The notes: generated by a model from the letters alone, not told the origin. A DNA stretch of 63,813 bases, filler included, from Octopus bimaculoides (GCF_001194135.2; 8 parts of 8 records of this genome joined end to end with filler, not necessarily neighbours in it); one strand, 5' to 3'. Positions 51,145-63,813 are shown, counted from the whole stretch's first letter. A program made the numbers and translations.

Positions 51145-51367
51145 TGCTCTCTTTTACTCTCTTTTACTTGTTTCAGTCATTTGACTGCAGCCATGCTAGA
51201 GCACCGCCTTTATTCGAACAAATCGACCCCGGGACTTATTCTTTGTAAGCCTAGTACTTATTCTATCGGTCTTTTTTGCCGAACCGCTAAGTGACGGGGG
51301 ACATAAGCATACCAGCATCGGTTGTCAAGAAATGCTAGGGGGACAAACACAAACACACAGGTATATA
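51145..51367 (-). mobile_element. SINE family B, 3' half
   Basis: Reverse complement of family-B body and tail. Confidence 0.88.
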
Positions 51368-51907
51368 NNNNNNNNNNNNNNNNNNNNNNNNNNNNNNNNN
51401 NNNNNNNNNNNTTAATTAATTAANNNNNNNNNNNNNNNNNNNNNNNNNNNNNNNNNNNNNNNNNNNNTTTGGCGCGCTGAATCCGGAAAATATCTCTGCA
51501 GAAAATAATTTCTGCTTTGAATTTACCAACTTTGAGAAATGTGATTATGGTTAATTAACATAATATGGTAAAAATTCGATATTAATTAATATCAATTTAA
51601 TACCAGGAAACTAGCACATTAAAAGAATCAGAAGGTTCTTGAAAAATTTTTTTTCGAGATCATAAAAGGATTATAGTACTTGTGTATATAAGATTGACCA
51701 CTTAAAAAATTCTCAAATATATATATATATATTTCGTTTGGGGATTTGGTTTGCAAGATTCTTTATGTGAGTTCTGTGTTAAAGCATATTCTGTTGTGCC
51801 TGTGGAGAGACATTTTCTTTTTGTGCTTTATAAGACTATTGAAAAGGTTGTAAGACGTAACGAAAATATTTTAGGAAAATAAAAATAAGAGATAGTGGAA
51901 ATTTCTT

Positions 51908-52061
51908 CAAGTTCTGCCGAGTCGCCTTTGCCTTTCATCCTTTCGGGGTCGACTAAATAAGTACCAGTTACGCACTGGGGTCGATGTAATCGACTTAATC
52001 CCTTTGTCTGTCCTTGTTTGTCCCCTATATGTTTAACCCCCTGTGGGCAATAAAGAAATAA
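51908..52061 (+). mobile_element. SINE family A core with alternative (A2) tail
   Basis: TTTGCCTTTCATCCTTTCGGGGTCGAC...CTGGGGTCGATGTAATCGACT then TAATCCCTTTGTCTGTCCTTGTTTGTCCCC...GTGGGCAATAAAGAAATAA. Confidence 0.85.
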
Positions 52062-52169
52062 ATATGGCGTTGTGTCGTATTGCGCCCTCCTAGCATATAT
52101 CAATTGGATTCATGCAGTATCACTAATCTCAGTCTGAACATAAATACCTAATGTTAGCTCCATATAGAG

Positions 52170-52245
52170 ATGGTGCTCAATTGATCTATAAGGATGGGGG
52201 GAGGTATGTAGGGCTTATGTGAGACCTGCTATGATGTACTCACAG
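52170..52245 (+). pseudogene. Possible short RTE relic
   Basis: GEVCRAYVRPAMMY resembles the RTE GKVYxTxVRPAMLYG motif; very short. Confidence 0.35.
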
Positions 52246-53145
52246 AATGGCATACACCATTCTATGCCTGACTGGCTGTACTGTAGTAGTACACAGTATG
52301 TGGATTTTCAAGGTGAGCTCTGATTCGCTGTATGCAAATAAGTTCATTACTAGGGTCCGGAACTCTCGTGGGAAAAAAAATTTCGCGTCTCGTCCAAGGA
52401 TGAAATGTATAAGCCAGAGAAGCCAGGAAACCGTCTCTCCGAGACTATATGACACGGGGAGGAGCTGTTATCGATCAGGGTATAAATAATGGAGGGCCCA
52501 GTGTATTTCTCTGCTCAGGGGTGTGTAATGTTGCTAAGGTGGTCCTGCTCATACGCACTCTTTTATATTCTTTACCATTCTGAAGGTTTCGTTGAAAAAA
52601 AAAAAACAAATCCGAAAATACGTGCGTGAATGATAATGTTGAACGTACACACGTATGGGTCTATCCATCCGCAAACGCATGCGCTCATGCACGCAAATGC
52701 TCGCATGCATATAAATATAGATACGTACACACAAAACCTCTGTAGCGCGCGCGGCAGGGAAAGAAAAGGGAGAGATAGAAACAGAAAGAGAGAAAGATAA
52801 GAGGGAGGTAGTGAACGATAGTGTTAAAATTATACGTTTATATGCGTGTGTATATACATATATATGTGTGTGCCTATATATATATGTGTGTGTGTGTGTG
52901 TAGTGTATGTGTGTGTGTAGTGTATGTGTGTGTGTAGTGTATGTGTGTGTGTGTGTGTGTGTGTGCGAACACAAAAACTCACGCACACAGAGTCACAAAG
53001 ACCCATATACGTCCATACAGAGATAAGCACATACACATACACAGAGACACATCTGTACGGCAAAGGGAAAGAAAGACACAAAGAGGGAATAAATAAATGG
53101 AAAGAGAAAGACAAAGAGAGACAGAACGAGATAGAGAGAGAGAAC

Positions 53146-53219
<74 letters not shown>

Positions 53220-53319
53220 NNNNNNNNNNNNNNNNNNNNNNNNNNNNNNNNNNNNNNNNNNNNTTAATTAATTAANNNNNNNNNNNNNNNNNNNNNNNNN
53301 NNNNNNNNNNNNNNNNNNN

Positions 53320-56300
53320 CGTACGTAGGAACGAACGAACGTACGCACGTATGTACGCACGTATGTACGATCAAACGAAGGAACGAATGAATAAACAAAC
53401 GTACGTACGTAGGAACGAACGCATGTGCGAAAAAAAGAAAAATCGAACGGAAAAACAAACGAACGTACATACATCCGTACGTAGAAATGAGCGAACGAGC
53501 GAAAAAACGTACGCACGTACGCACGAAAGAACTAACGTACGTCCGTACGTACGAGCGAACAAACGAAGGAAAGAACGAACGTACATAAGTACGAACGAAC
53601 GAACGTAATTATGTGCGTACGAACGAATGAACGTAGGTAGGTTCGTATATAAGTACCTACGTACGAACGTACGTAAATACGTCCGTACGTACGTAACAAC
53701 GAAGGAACGAACAAACCAATGAACGAACGAACTAACGAACGAACGTACTCACGTACGTATGTAGGAACGAACGAGCGTACGCACGTATGTACGTACGTAC
53801 GAAACATGAAAGAAATGAATGAAAGAACGTAAGTACGCACGTAAGAACGAACGAACGAAAGAATTAATGAACGAACGAATGAACGAAAGAAGGAACGAAC
53901 GATCGAACAAACGAATTAACGAACAAATGTAGGTACATACGTACGAACAAACGAACAAGCGTACGTACGACGGAACAAATGAACGAACGAACGTACGTAC
54001 GTACGAACGAACGTACGTACGAACGAACGAACGTACGTACGTACGAACGAGCGTACGTACGAACGTACGGACGGACGAACGAACGAACGAATGAAACGAA
54101 CGAACGAACGACCTAATGAACGAACGTACGTACGTACGTACGAAAGAACTAATGAACGAACGTCCGTACGTAAGTACGTATGTAAGAACGAACGAACGAT
54201 CGAACAAACGAACGAACAAAGAAACGGACGAACGTACTTGCGAACGAACGATTGAAGGAACGAACGGACATAGGTACGAAAAAAACGAACAAAGAATTGA
54301 ACGTATGTATGTACGAACGAACAAAGTACGAACGTAAGAACGAACGAACGTACGTATGAACAAATGATCTAAGGTAAGAAAGAACGTCCGTACGTAAATA
54401 CGTTCGTATGTACGAACGAATAAACGAAAGAAAGAACTTAATTACGAACGAACGAACGAACGTTCGTATGTTCCTACGTACATATATATGAAAGAACGAA
54501 CGTACGCACGAACGAACGGTCGCACGTATGAACAAATGATCGAAGGAAGGAAAGAACGTACGTACGTAAGTAAGTTCGTACGTGCGAACGAACGAACGAA
54601 CGAACGTACGTACGAACGAAAGAACGAACGAACGAACAAACGTACGTACATGTGAGGGAACGAACGAACAAACTAACGAACGATCGTACGTACGTACGGA
54701 AGAACGAAACAAACGAATGAACGAACGATTGAACGAAACAAACAAACGAATGAACGAACTAGCGTACGTACGTACGAATGAACGCGCGTACGTACGAACG
54801 ATCGAACGAACGAACGAAGGAAAGAACGAAGTAACGAATGAACGTACGTACTTACGTACGTAAGAACGAACGAACGAAAGAACGAACGTACGTATGTACG
54901 AACGAACGAACGAACGTAATTATGTACATACGAACGAATGAACGTAGGTAGGTACGTATATAAGTATCTACGTACGAACGTACGTAAATACGTCCGTACG
55001 TACGTAACAACGAACGAACGAACAAACCAATGAACGAACGAACTAACGAACGAACGTACGCACGTACGTACGTAGGAAAGAACGAACGTACGCACGTATG
55101 TACGTACGTACGAAACATGAAAGAACGTAAGTACGTACGTAAGAACGAACGAACGAAAGAATTAACGAACGAACGAATGAACGAAAGAAGGAACGAACGA
55201 TCGAACAAACGAATTAACGAACAAATGTAGGTACATACGTACGAACGAACGAACAATGATCGAAGGAAGGAAAGAACGTGCGTACGTAAGTACGTACGAA
55301 CGAGCGTACGTACGAACGTACCGACGGACGAACGAACGAACGAATGAAACGAACGAACGAACGACATAATGAACGAACGTACGTACGTACGTACGAAAGA
55401 ACTAATGAACGAACGTCCGTACGTAAGTACGTATGTAAGAACGAACGAACGATCGAACAAAGGAACGAACAAAGAAACGGACGAACGTACTTACGAACGA
55501 ACCATTGAAGGAACGAACGGACATAGGTACGAAAAAAACGAACAAAGGATTGAACGTATGTATGTACGAACGAACAAACGAACGAGCGAACGAACAAAGA
55601 ACGAACGTAAGAACGAACGAACAAAGAACGAACGAACGTACGTATGAACAAATGATCTAAGGTAAGAAAGAACGTCCGTACGTAAGTACGTTCGTATGTA
55701 CGAACGAATAAACGAAAGAAAGAACGTAATTACGAACGAACGAACGTTCGTATGTTCCTACGTACATATATATGAAAGAACGAACGAACNNNNNNNNNNN
55801 NNNNNNNNNNNNNNNNNNNNNNNNNNNNNNNNNNNNNNNNNNNNNNNNNNNNNNNNNNNNNNNNNNNNNNNNNNNNNNNNNNNNNNNNNNNNNNNNNNNN
55901 NNNNNNNNNNNNNNNNNNNNNNNNNNNNNNNNNNNNNNNNNNNNNNNNNNNNNNNNNNNNNNNNNNNNNNNNNNNNNNNNNNNNNNNNNNNNNNNNNNNN
56001 NNNNNNNNNNNNNNNNNNNNNNNNNNNNNNNNNNNNNNNNNNNNNNNNNNNNNNNNNNNNNNNNNNNNNNNNNNNNNNNNNNNNNNNNNNNNNNNNNNNN
56101 NNNNNNNNNNNNNNNNNNNNNNNNNNNNNCGAAAGAACGAACGGACGAACGAACGAACGAGCAAACGAAAGAACGTACTTACGTTCTTTCATTCATTTCT
56201 TTCATGTTTCGTACGTACGTACATACGTGCGTACGTTCGTTCGTTTCTAATTACGTACGTGAGTACGTTCGTTCGTTAGTTCGTTCGTTTATTGGTTTGT

Positions 56301-56820
56301 TCGTTCCTTCGTTGTTACGTACGTACGGACGTATTTACGTACGTTCGTACGTAGGTACTTATATACGAACCTACCTACGTTCATTCGTTCGTACGCACAT
56401 AATTACGTTCGTTCGTTCGTACTTACGTACGTTCGTTCTTTCGTTCGTTCGCTCTTACGTACGTAAGTACGTACGTTCATTCGTTACTTCGTTCTTTCCT
56501 TCGTTCGTTCGTTTGATCGTTCGTACGTACGCACGTTCATTCGTACGTACGTACGCTCGTTCGTACGTTCATTCTTACGTATGTTTGCTTACGTACGTTT
56601 GCTCGTTCGTTCGTTCGTCCGTTCGTTCTTTCGCTCGTTCGTTCATTCGTTTGTTTGTTTCGTTCAATCTTTTGTTCATTCGTTTGTTTAGTTCTTCCGT
56701 ACGTACATACGATCATTCGTTCGTTTGTTCGTTTGTTCGTTCGTTTCCTCACATGTACGTACGTTTGTTCGCTCGTTCGTTCGTTCGTTCTTTCGTTCGT
56801 ACGTACGTTCGTTCGTTGGT
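53320..56820. repeat. CpG-rich (ACGA/ACGT)-based complex satellite with ~1.25-1.31-kb higher-order repeat and internal inversion
   Basis: Marker pairs: TAATTATGT 53606/54917, CATAGGTAC 54269/55522, ATGATCT 54364/55652. The strand flips at 56167-56190. Confidence 0.92.
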
Positions 56821-56920
56821 NNNNNNNNNNNNNNNNNNNNNNNNNNNNNNNNNNNNNNNNNNNNTTAATTAATTAANNNNNNNNNNNNNNNNNNNNNNNN
56901 NNNNNNNNNNNNNNNNNNNN

Positions 56921-57260
56921 CATTTGACTGTGGCCACACTGGAGTCAAAGTTGCCTTTAGTCAAACAAACTGACCCCAGGGCTTATTCTTTGTAAGCCTT
57001 AGTACTTATTCTATTGGTCTCTTTTTGCCGAACTGCTAAGTTACAGGGACTTAAACACACCAATGGGACAAACACAGACACACACATATATATATACATA
57101 CACGATGGGCTTCTTTGAGTTTCCATCTACCAAATCCACTCGCAAGGCTTTGGTCGGCCTGAGTTTATAGCAGAAGACACTTGCCCAAGGTGCCACGCAG
57201 TGGGACTGAAACCAGAACCATGTGGTTGGTAAGCAATCTACTTACCACACATCCACTCCT
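56921..57260 (-). mobile_element. SINE family B, near full-length
   Basis: Body, central CA/TA tract and tRNA-like head all present. Confidence 0.88.
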
Positions 57261-57901
57261 GCGGCTATACATACATACACACACACACACAGTTCACAGA
57301 TGAAATCCTGATTTTCAATACTTTGGAACTTCTCTGCATCAAAACCTGAAATGGAAGATATTTTCTTCTCTGATGATGGAACCTCGTTTTATCCAATGTT
57401 CACTGTATTCCATTTCAGCCACATATTGTGATGAACCACATCTACCAACATTATTATGAATCTCTGAGGCCCCAGAAGCAACAGTTGGACTTATAATACC
57501 TTTCTTCCTCCCCTTTAATTTCCTCTGTTGTTCTGTACTCTGTGTACGTTTGATCAGTTAATATAAATATCAAAATATTTATACTTAAATATTCATCATC
57601 TGAAAATCTTCAGTTTTTGCTTTCTATTTGCATGTGTACACACATATATATATATATGTATTTTGTATTTCCTACCCATATTGTTATATTTAATATATCT
57701 AATTTGTTTATCCACATAATTGCATCTATATACATATATACACACACACATTTCACTCAGACATAACAATACTAATAAACTGGTGTGTTAGAATTCAGTA
57801 TACATAAACTTTAGATTAGTGAAAGTTGAATATAGAAAAAAATAACTAACACTTTCTTCTGTATTTCCCACTGAGTAAGACTAAAGAGGCAGAAATGTCA
57901 C

Positions 57902-58195
57902 CATCCTCATCATCATCATTTAATGTTCATTTTCTATTCTGGCATGGGTTGGACGGTTTGACTGGGGATTACTAAGTCAGGAGGCCGCACCAGGCTCTAA
58001 TCTGATCTGGAAAGGTTTCTACAATTGGATGCCCTTCCTAACGCCAACCACTCCGAGAGGGTAGTGGGTGCTTTTTATGTGCCACCGACATGGGAGCCAG
58101 TCAGGTGGCCCTGGCATTGGCCACATTCGGATGGTGCTTTTTACGTGCCACTGGAACAGGGAGCCAGTCAGGCGGCACTGGTAACGACCCACGCA
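57902..58195 (-). mobile_element. Family E repeat
   Basis: (CAT)n, GGCATGGGTTGGACGGTTTGAC, GGATGCCCTTCCTAACGCCAACCAC on +; internal ~60-bp duplication. Confidence 0.85.
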
Positions 58196-58963
58196 TGAAT
58201 GGTGCTTATTGCGTGCCGTCCGCACGAGAATCCGTTAGATGGAAGCGTTAGACAGACATGGCATTTTTTTTTACACCTTTTACTATAACGGAGAATTTTT
58301 TCTCCATGGTAACAGTAGGGAATTTGCTTTCAGAAATTAAAATATGTTTGTGATATTTTTCAACTAATCTAAAGTTCATACACACACACACACATTTATT
58401 ATTCTTGAACAAGAATATTATTGACAGCGACTTTGCAGTTTTGGTCAACTAAACCAATGATGGCTGAAACTTCAAAGTCAATGTCAACAACATCCTTGTA
58501 TAAGAATAATAAATTTGTACTCTAAAAATGTATAGAGTAACCCATCAGATTTATGTAAAATTATTTTTATTATAACTGAATTTAAAAACAAACAATATAT
58601 ACATATACAAATATATATATATTTTATTAGTTAATAAATTGTATGGTATACACCAGTTTGCCAGGAAAGCATGTTCACCGGCTTAGTGTTCGTTAGGAGT
58701 TTGATTAATGAGAAAGATAGAAGATATGAGATTCTTTATTGATCATTACAATTGTTTCAACCCATCTGGCACGGAGCCCTCACTGTTGAGATACTGAACA
58801 TGATTTAGGTGTATCCCTCGGTGTAAATGTGTGTCCTCAGGTGATTTCAAAAGGTATCTCGTTAAAATGAACTCTGTTTCGCAAGATTTCTTCTCGGTCT
58901 TTGTATATATAAATGGCAAATTAATGTATACAGCTTCACACTTATAGAAGATCCATAACAAAT

Positions 58964-60195
58964 CACCATCATCGTTTAAGATCCGTTTTCCATGCTGGCA
59001 TGGGTTGGATGGTTTGACAGGAGCTGGCCAGGTGGAAGACTACATCAGATTTCTGTGTCTGTTTTGGCACGGTTTTTATGGCTGGATGCCCTTCCTAACA
59101 CCAACCATTTCGCAGAGTGGGCTGAGTGCTTTTTATGTGGCACCAACACAGGTGAGGTCAGTTTTTGGCATGGTTTTTACAGCTGGATGCCCTTCCAAAT
59201 GCCAACCACTTTACAGTGTGGACTGGATGCTTTTCACGTGGCACCAGCACTGGCAGAGGTCACTGAGTAACTTGCAAGACAAGGAATCTTTGAGAGGGGA
59301 CGGGGAATTGGAGGAGATGATCTTGTGTCAGATGATGAATGGTTAGATTGTGAGAGAGAGAGAGAGAGAGAAAGAGAGAAATGGGTGACTTGCTGTAAAG
59401 GGAGTACATGGTTACCTAGCCACAGGGAGAGAGAGAGAGAGAGAGAGAAGAGAGAGGGCGTGAGTGAGTGAGAGTTAATAAGAAAGGGGACAGAAACAGA
59501 TGTGCTGCTGTAAAGGAGATACATGGTTACCTAGCCAGAGAGAAGAGCAAGAGAAGGGGATAGTAGGAGAGAAATGATGGTGAGGTGCCAGGGAACAGGG
59601 ATCAGAGCATAGATGGGATGGTCGAGTAAAGAAGAGAGAGATAAATCGTGGCAAGTGGCAGGGCATACGTCAAGGTATGAAATACATGGCAGGGTATTGC
59701 CAAGAAAGGGCACGAGTAGAGGGTGGGGAATGCAGTGATTGACGAGAACCTGGGTATAAGGAGGGGGTGGGGATAGCAAATGATACAGCGAGAACAGGAT
59801 TGGGGAGTGGGAGATAATCATAATGTATGAAGAGGAAATATGAGGAAGAGGAGATGTAGTTTGGTTTATTAGTGGGGGGGGGAGTAGGGTGTATGAAAAT
59901 TTTATTGTTATGTGTGGCTGGAACACAAAGCTTCCAGAACTCAGTTTCGCAGACGTGGGTGGGTCGTCTCTAGAGCCTCATATCGCCAGACATCTCGGTC
60001 CGTTCTCATTTGCTCCGTGAGTCCCAACATCTCGAGATTGGTCCTCACCACTTCATCTCGTATCCTGTTGGGTCTCCGTCTTCTATAGGTACCATCCACT
60101 TTCAGTGACTGGTACCTCTTTACAAAGCTGTCTTCATTCATACGCACCTCATCTCCAAACCAATGTAGTCTCCACTCTTGCACGCTGCATAACAA
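58964..60195 (-). mobile_element. 3' end of an RTE-clade LINE (ORF end plus 3' UTR ending in family E sequence)
   Basis: 59941-60195 reads WRLHWFGDEVRMNEDSFVK...VDG..RRRRPNRIRDEVVR..L..LGL..MRTDRDVWR (RTE C-terminus). A CT-rich UTR follows, then family E and a (GAT)n tail at ~58964-59290. Confidence 0.85.
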
Positions 60196-60514
60196 ATATC
60201 AAATACAAAGAGAAACGAATACACAATACAGTGAAGACAAAGTATTACATATAACCATTAGTAGATATGGACGTACACACGCCCACACATATGTGATCTG
60301 GCACACATACACTTGCTCATACAAACACACACATGTGGATTAACACACATATGCTTGCATGCAGAATCCAGAAGATTTCTATAGTCACTTGATAGTGATA
60401 GGACTCCGCTTGGTGAGGAGTCACAGACTCTGTGGTGCGGTTCACTGGGTCTGGCTGGTAATCTTGCAGCAGTTGTACATTCATAAATACTGACATCGTA
60501 GATGTGTATTTTTT

Positions 60515-60730
60515 AAGGTGTCAAGCTGGCAGAAACGTTAGCACGCAGGGCGAAATGCTTAGCGGTATTTTGTCTGTCTTTACGTTCTGAGTTCAAATTC
60601 CGCCGAGGTCAACTTTGCCTTTCATTCTTTCAGGGTCGACAAATTAAGTACCAGTTTCATACTGGAGTCGATCTAATCAACTGGCCCCCTCCCTCCCAAA
60701 TTTCGGGCCTTGTGCCTAGAATAGAAAAGA
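60515..60730 (+). mobile_element. Full-length SINE family A (A1 tail)
   Basis: A-box-like CTGGCAGAAACG, B-box-like GTTCAAATTC, core AAGTACCAG...GTCGAT, tail CCCCCTCCC..AAATTTCGGGCCTTGTGCCTAGAATAGAAAAGA. Confidence 0.9.
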
Positions 60731-60769
60731 TGTATATTTCCTAAAACAACTGACAGCATGCTTAATACT

Positions 60770-61282
60770 ATTTTTTCTTTTACTTGTTNNNNNNNNNNNN
60801 NNNNNNNNNNNNNNNNNNNNNNNNNNNNNNNNNNNNNNNNNNNNNNNNNNNNNNNNNNNNNNNNNNNNNNNNNNNNNNNNNNNNNNNNNNNNNNNNNNNN
60901 NNNNNNNNNNNNNNNNNNNNNNNNNNNNNNNNNNNNNNNNNNNNNNNNNNNNNNNNNNNNNNNNNNNNNNNNNNNNNNNNNNNNNNNNNNNNNNNNNNNN
61001 NNNNNNNNNNNNNNNNNNNNNNNNNNNNNNNNNNNNNNNNNNNNNNNNNNNNNNNNNNNNNNNNNNNNNNNNNNNNNNNNNNNNNNNNNNNNNNNNNNNN
61101 NNNNNNNNNNNNNNATATATATATATGATGGGCTTCTTTTAGTTTCCATCTACCAAATCCACTTAAAAGGCTTTGGTCGGCCCGAGGCTATAATAGAAGA
61201 CACTTGCCCAAGGTACCACGCAGCTGGACTGAACCCAGAACCATGTGGTTGGTAAGCAAGCTATTTACCACACAGCCACACC
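60770..61282 (-). mobile_element. SINE family B spanning an N gap
   Basis: Tail TTTACTTGTT before the gap and tRNA-like head after it; the gap sits where the internal microsatellite lies. Confidence 0.75.
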
Positions 61283-61467
61283 TGTACCTAGTCTATATTT
61301 TTGAGATGAGGAATTATGTACATTATTTACAATGGACGGATTGATGTCCTTGCAGATCATCAATATTTATGTATCAGCTTCCATATACTCACATATACAC
61401 ATACAAACACATATACACACACAAATACATACACGCACATATATATGCACACACATATACATACACA

Positions 61468-61625
61468 CGTGACGGGCTTCTTTCAGTGTCCTTCTACCAA
61501 ATCCACTCACGAGGCTTTGATCAGCCCAAAGCTAGAGAAGAAGACATTTGCCTAAGGTGCCTTGCAGTGCGACTGAACCTGGAACAATGTGGTTGGGAAG
61601 AAAGCTCCTTACCACACAACCATGC
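61468..61625 (-). mobile_element. SINE family B, 5' half
   Basis: GACGGGCTTCTTTCAG...AAATCCACTCAC...GACTGAACCTGGAAC on +. Confidence 0.8.
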
Positions 61626-62227
61626 ATGCAAAAAAGAAAAAAAAAAACCCAAAAGGTTGAGAAATACTTACTAAAAATAATGGTAAGCTATGCAGTAGTA
61701 GAGACTCAGGAAAAACATCAGAATCACGGACATTATAATGTATGCTGCTGTTCCAATGGAGGCCCCCTGCAGAGAATAAAAGATCTCTTTTGAATGAAAT
61801 TTTAAGACAATGCATGAGAAAACATACTTAAATATTTCTTTTTAGGAACAGTGAATCTCGAAGCACACAAAGAATGTAAATAATAGCATGTAAATATTGA
61901 ATTGAAAAAATCCTTTTGGGCAGAAACCGACAACTTTTTCTATCCCAAACGGTTTTCCATCCAAATATTTACATACTATTTATAGCTTTATGCGTGATTT
62001 GAGATCCACTGTTCCAAAAAGAGAGCTATTTGCTGTTCTTTTGAAAGTTTATAAATTGCTTTTTACATCAACAATGTACTTCACCCTTTAGTGTTCAGAT
62101 TATCCTGTCGACTGCAATGCTTGTCTATTCACATAGTTTTGAGTTAGTCATGCATTATCCAGTAGGTCTGAATTTTGGATTATGGGATTGTTTGCTTTCC
62201 ATATTTCCATATTTACGGTGGATATGG

Positions 62228-62421
62228 AAGAAAAGATTTGCCAATGTTCTGCGCCGTGAGGACCAAAGACTCGAGGTATTTCGTGTTGCAAGACAGTGTA
62301 GGAGAGAGAATAGTAATGTTGTAGGAGAGAAATGTGTTCGCATGGATGACGGTACGCTTGCACTAAATGAGGCTGCAAAGAAAGAGGTCTGGAGATGCCA
62401 CTACGATAGATTGCTTAATAA
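62228..62421 (+). pseudogene. RTE-clade LINE ORF fragment (endonuclease-RT linker region)
   Basis: KKRFANVLRREDQRLEVFRVARQCRRENSNVVGEKCVRMDDGTLALNEAAKKEVWRCHYDRLLN resembles the RTE segment ending W..HY..LLN; cut by gap. Confidence 0.75.
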
Positions 62422-63059
62422 NNNNNNNNNNNNNNNNNNNNNNNNNNNNNNNNNNNNNNNNNNNNTTAATTAATTAANNNNNNNNNNNNNNNNNNNNNNN
62501 NNNNNNNNNNNNNNNNNNNNNAGATCTGACGAGTAGCTATATTTTTGAATAGAACTTATTTTCGATAATTTCAATTGATTTTAATTGATTTTAATCGATT
62601 TAAATTTCTTTTCTATTTGAAAATTGGTTATGAAACACGTGTAATCTTTTTATATTTATCTTATGATATTTACTTTACTTTATATTATACTTATTTATTG
62701 TGCTTTTAATTATTAATTTTCCTATATGTGATAGTGGATTTTCATCGATGAGTTCTTGAAAATTGGTTATTTTCCCTAAAACTATATATATTTTATATAT
62801 ACTTTATCTATAAGGCTCAATTTAATTTTAATTTTTTATAAATTGATTTTAATTGAGTCTTTTACCTGTAATTTTGGATTTTGTCCCTAATAATATTATT
62901 ATTTTCATATATATATATATGTATATATATATATATTTATGTATGTATGTATGTATGTATGTGCGTATATATGTTTGTATGTGTGTGTATGTACGTAGCT
63001 GTGTGTGTATGTGTGTGTATTGTATAAGTGCGTGAGTATGTATATGCTTATGCTTGCAT

Positions 63060-63280
63060 ATATGGTCTTACCACTGGACAAGCGGTAACGGTTTGTTTAC
63101 ATCTACTTTACATAGCGACTCGGCAAAAATGAGAAGGATAGAATGAGTAAGTACCAGAGTCAAATATGTTACTATGGTTCCATTGGATCAACGCTAGTAC
63201 TTATTTTAAGTTTCTTATTTATTCCATCGTAGTGTTGTCCCAGCATGGCCGTAATACACTGTCTGAAACGAATAAAAGAA
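63060..63280 (+). mobile_element. Degenerate SINE family B 3' half
   Basis: GACAAGCGGTAACGGTTTGTTTAC...TCGGCAAAA...AAGTACCAG...CCAGCATGGCCG...CTGAAACGAATAAAAGAA. Confidence 0.6.
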
Positions 63281-63463
63281 TACCACAAAACATATGTAAT
63301 TTTGTATGTGTGATTGTCAAGATATATAAAAAGTATGTATATATGTATGTATGTATGTATAGATATCTGTGAAACCTACGCATTTCTTTACGTTGCAATT
63401 TGTATTTTTAACACCTACAAAGCTGTATATTTATATACTCCTTAAACCTTGTTTTACACAAAT

Positions 63464-63494
<31 letters not shown>

Positions 63495-63757
63495 CACACA
63501 CACACGCACGCACGCACACGCACACACTCGCGCGCACACCCATTTGTGTAGAAATCTTATTTACAGTTTGTTTTTCTTGTCATAATTCGCCTCTCATTTT
63601 ATATTGACTCAACATTATTCTATCGATTGTACCGAGTTGACCTCAATCACTCACGTGACACGCCCATTATCAGATTGCTTAACCAATGGAATTTCTCGTA
63701 GAATATTTTTCTCATTACCGCTGTAGGTATATTGGTAGATTTAAATGAATATTCTCA

Positions 63758-63790
<33 letters not shown>

Positions 63791-63813
63791 TGTATGTATG
63801 TATGTATGTATGT

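Noticed and set aside
52247-52312. Signal-peptide-like exon MAYTILCLTGCTVVVHSMWIFK with AAG|GTGAGC donor
   Set aside because: Abuts an RTE-like relic in another frame and no downstream exon is identifiable; unsupported without RNA data.
53320-56820. Repeat array as possible CRISPR
   Set aside because: No fixed repeat with unique spacers, eukaryotic context, no cas genes.

Overview
AT-rich, microsatellite-dense, gappy eukaryotic genomic DNA. It looks like an octopus-type cephalopod draft assembly; this is inferred from the repeat repertoire and the IL-17-like gene and cannot be proven here. Seven N gaps contain an artificial TTAATTAATTAA linker, so order and distance across them are uncertain. 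Only one host protein-coding gene is well supported: a two-exon interleukin-17-like cytokine (+; exon 1 47945-47977, exon 2 48486-49013; 186 aa as modelled) with a signal peptide and cystine-knot motifs. Most of the remainder is transposon debris. It includes three tRNA-derived SINE families (called A, B and C here), an RTE-tail family (E), a near-complete dead mariner, an internally deleted DD37D/maT-type element and a TA-flanked MITE. There are also RTE, Penelope-like and restriction-like-endonuclease (R4/Dong-type) retrotransposon fragments, an (AAT)n-embedded non-coding element in tandem, and a 3.5-kb CpG-rich (ACGA/ACGT) satellite with a ~1.3-kb higher-order repeat and an internal inversion. 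The most unusual signal is an apparently complete ORF1/Gag-only retroelement (18694-20510, -). It splits a SINE into two matching halves and shares its 3' tail, including a re-paired stem-loop, with a SINE subfamily. That suggests a LINE / half-LINE / modular-SINE system served by one unseen reverse transcriptase. No rRNA, true tRNA or CRISPR array was found. Most ORF-track entries are microsatellite or N-gap artefacts.
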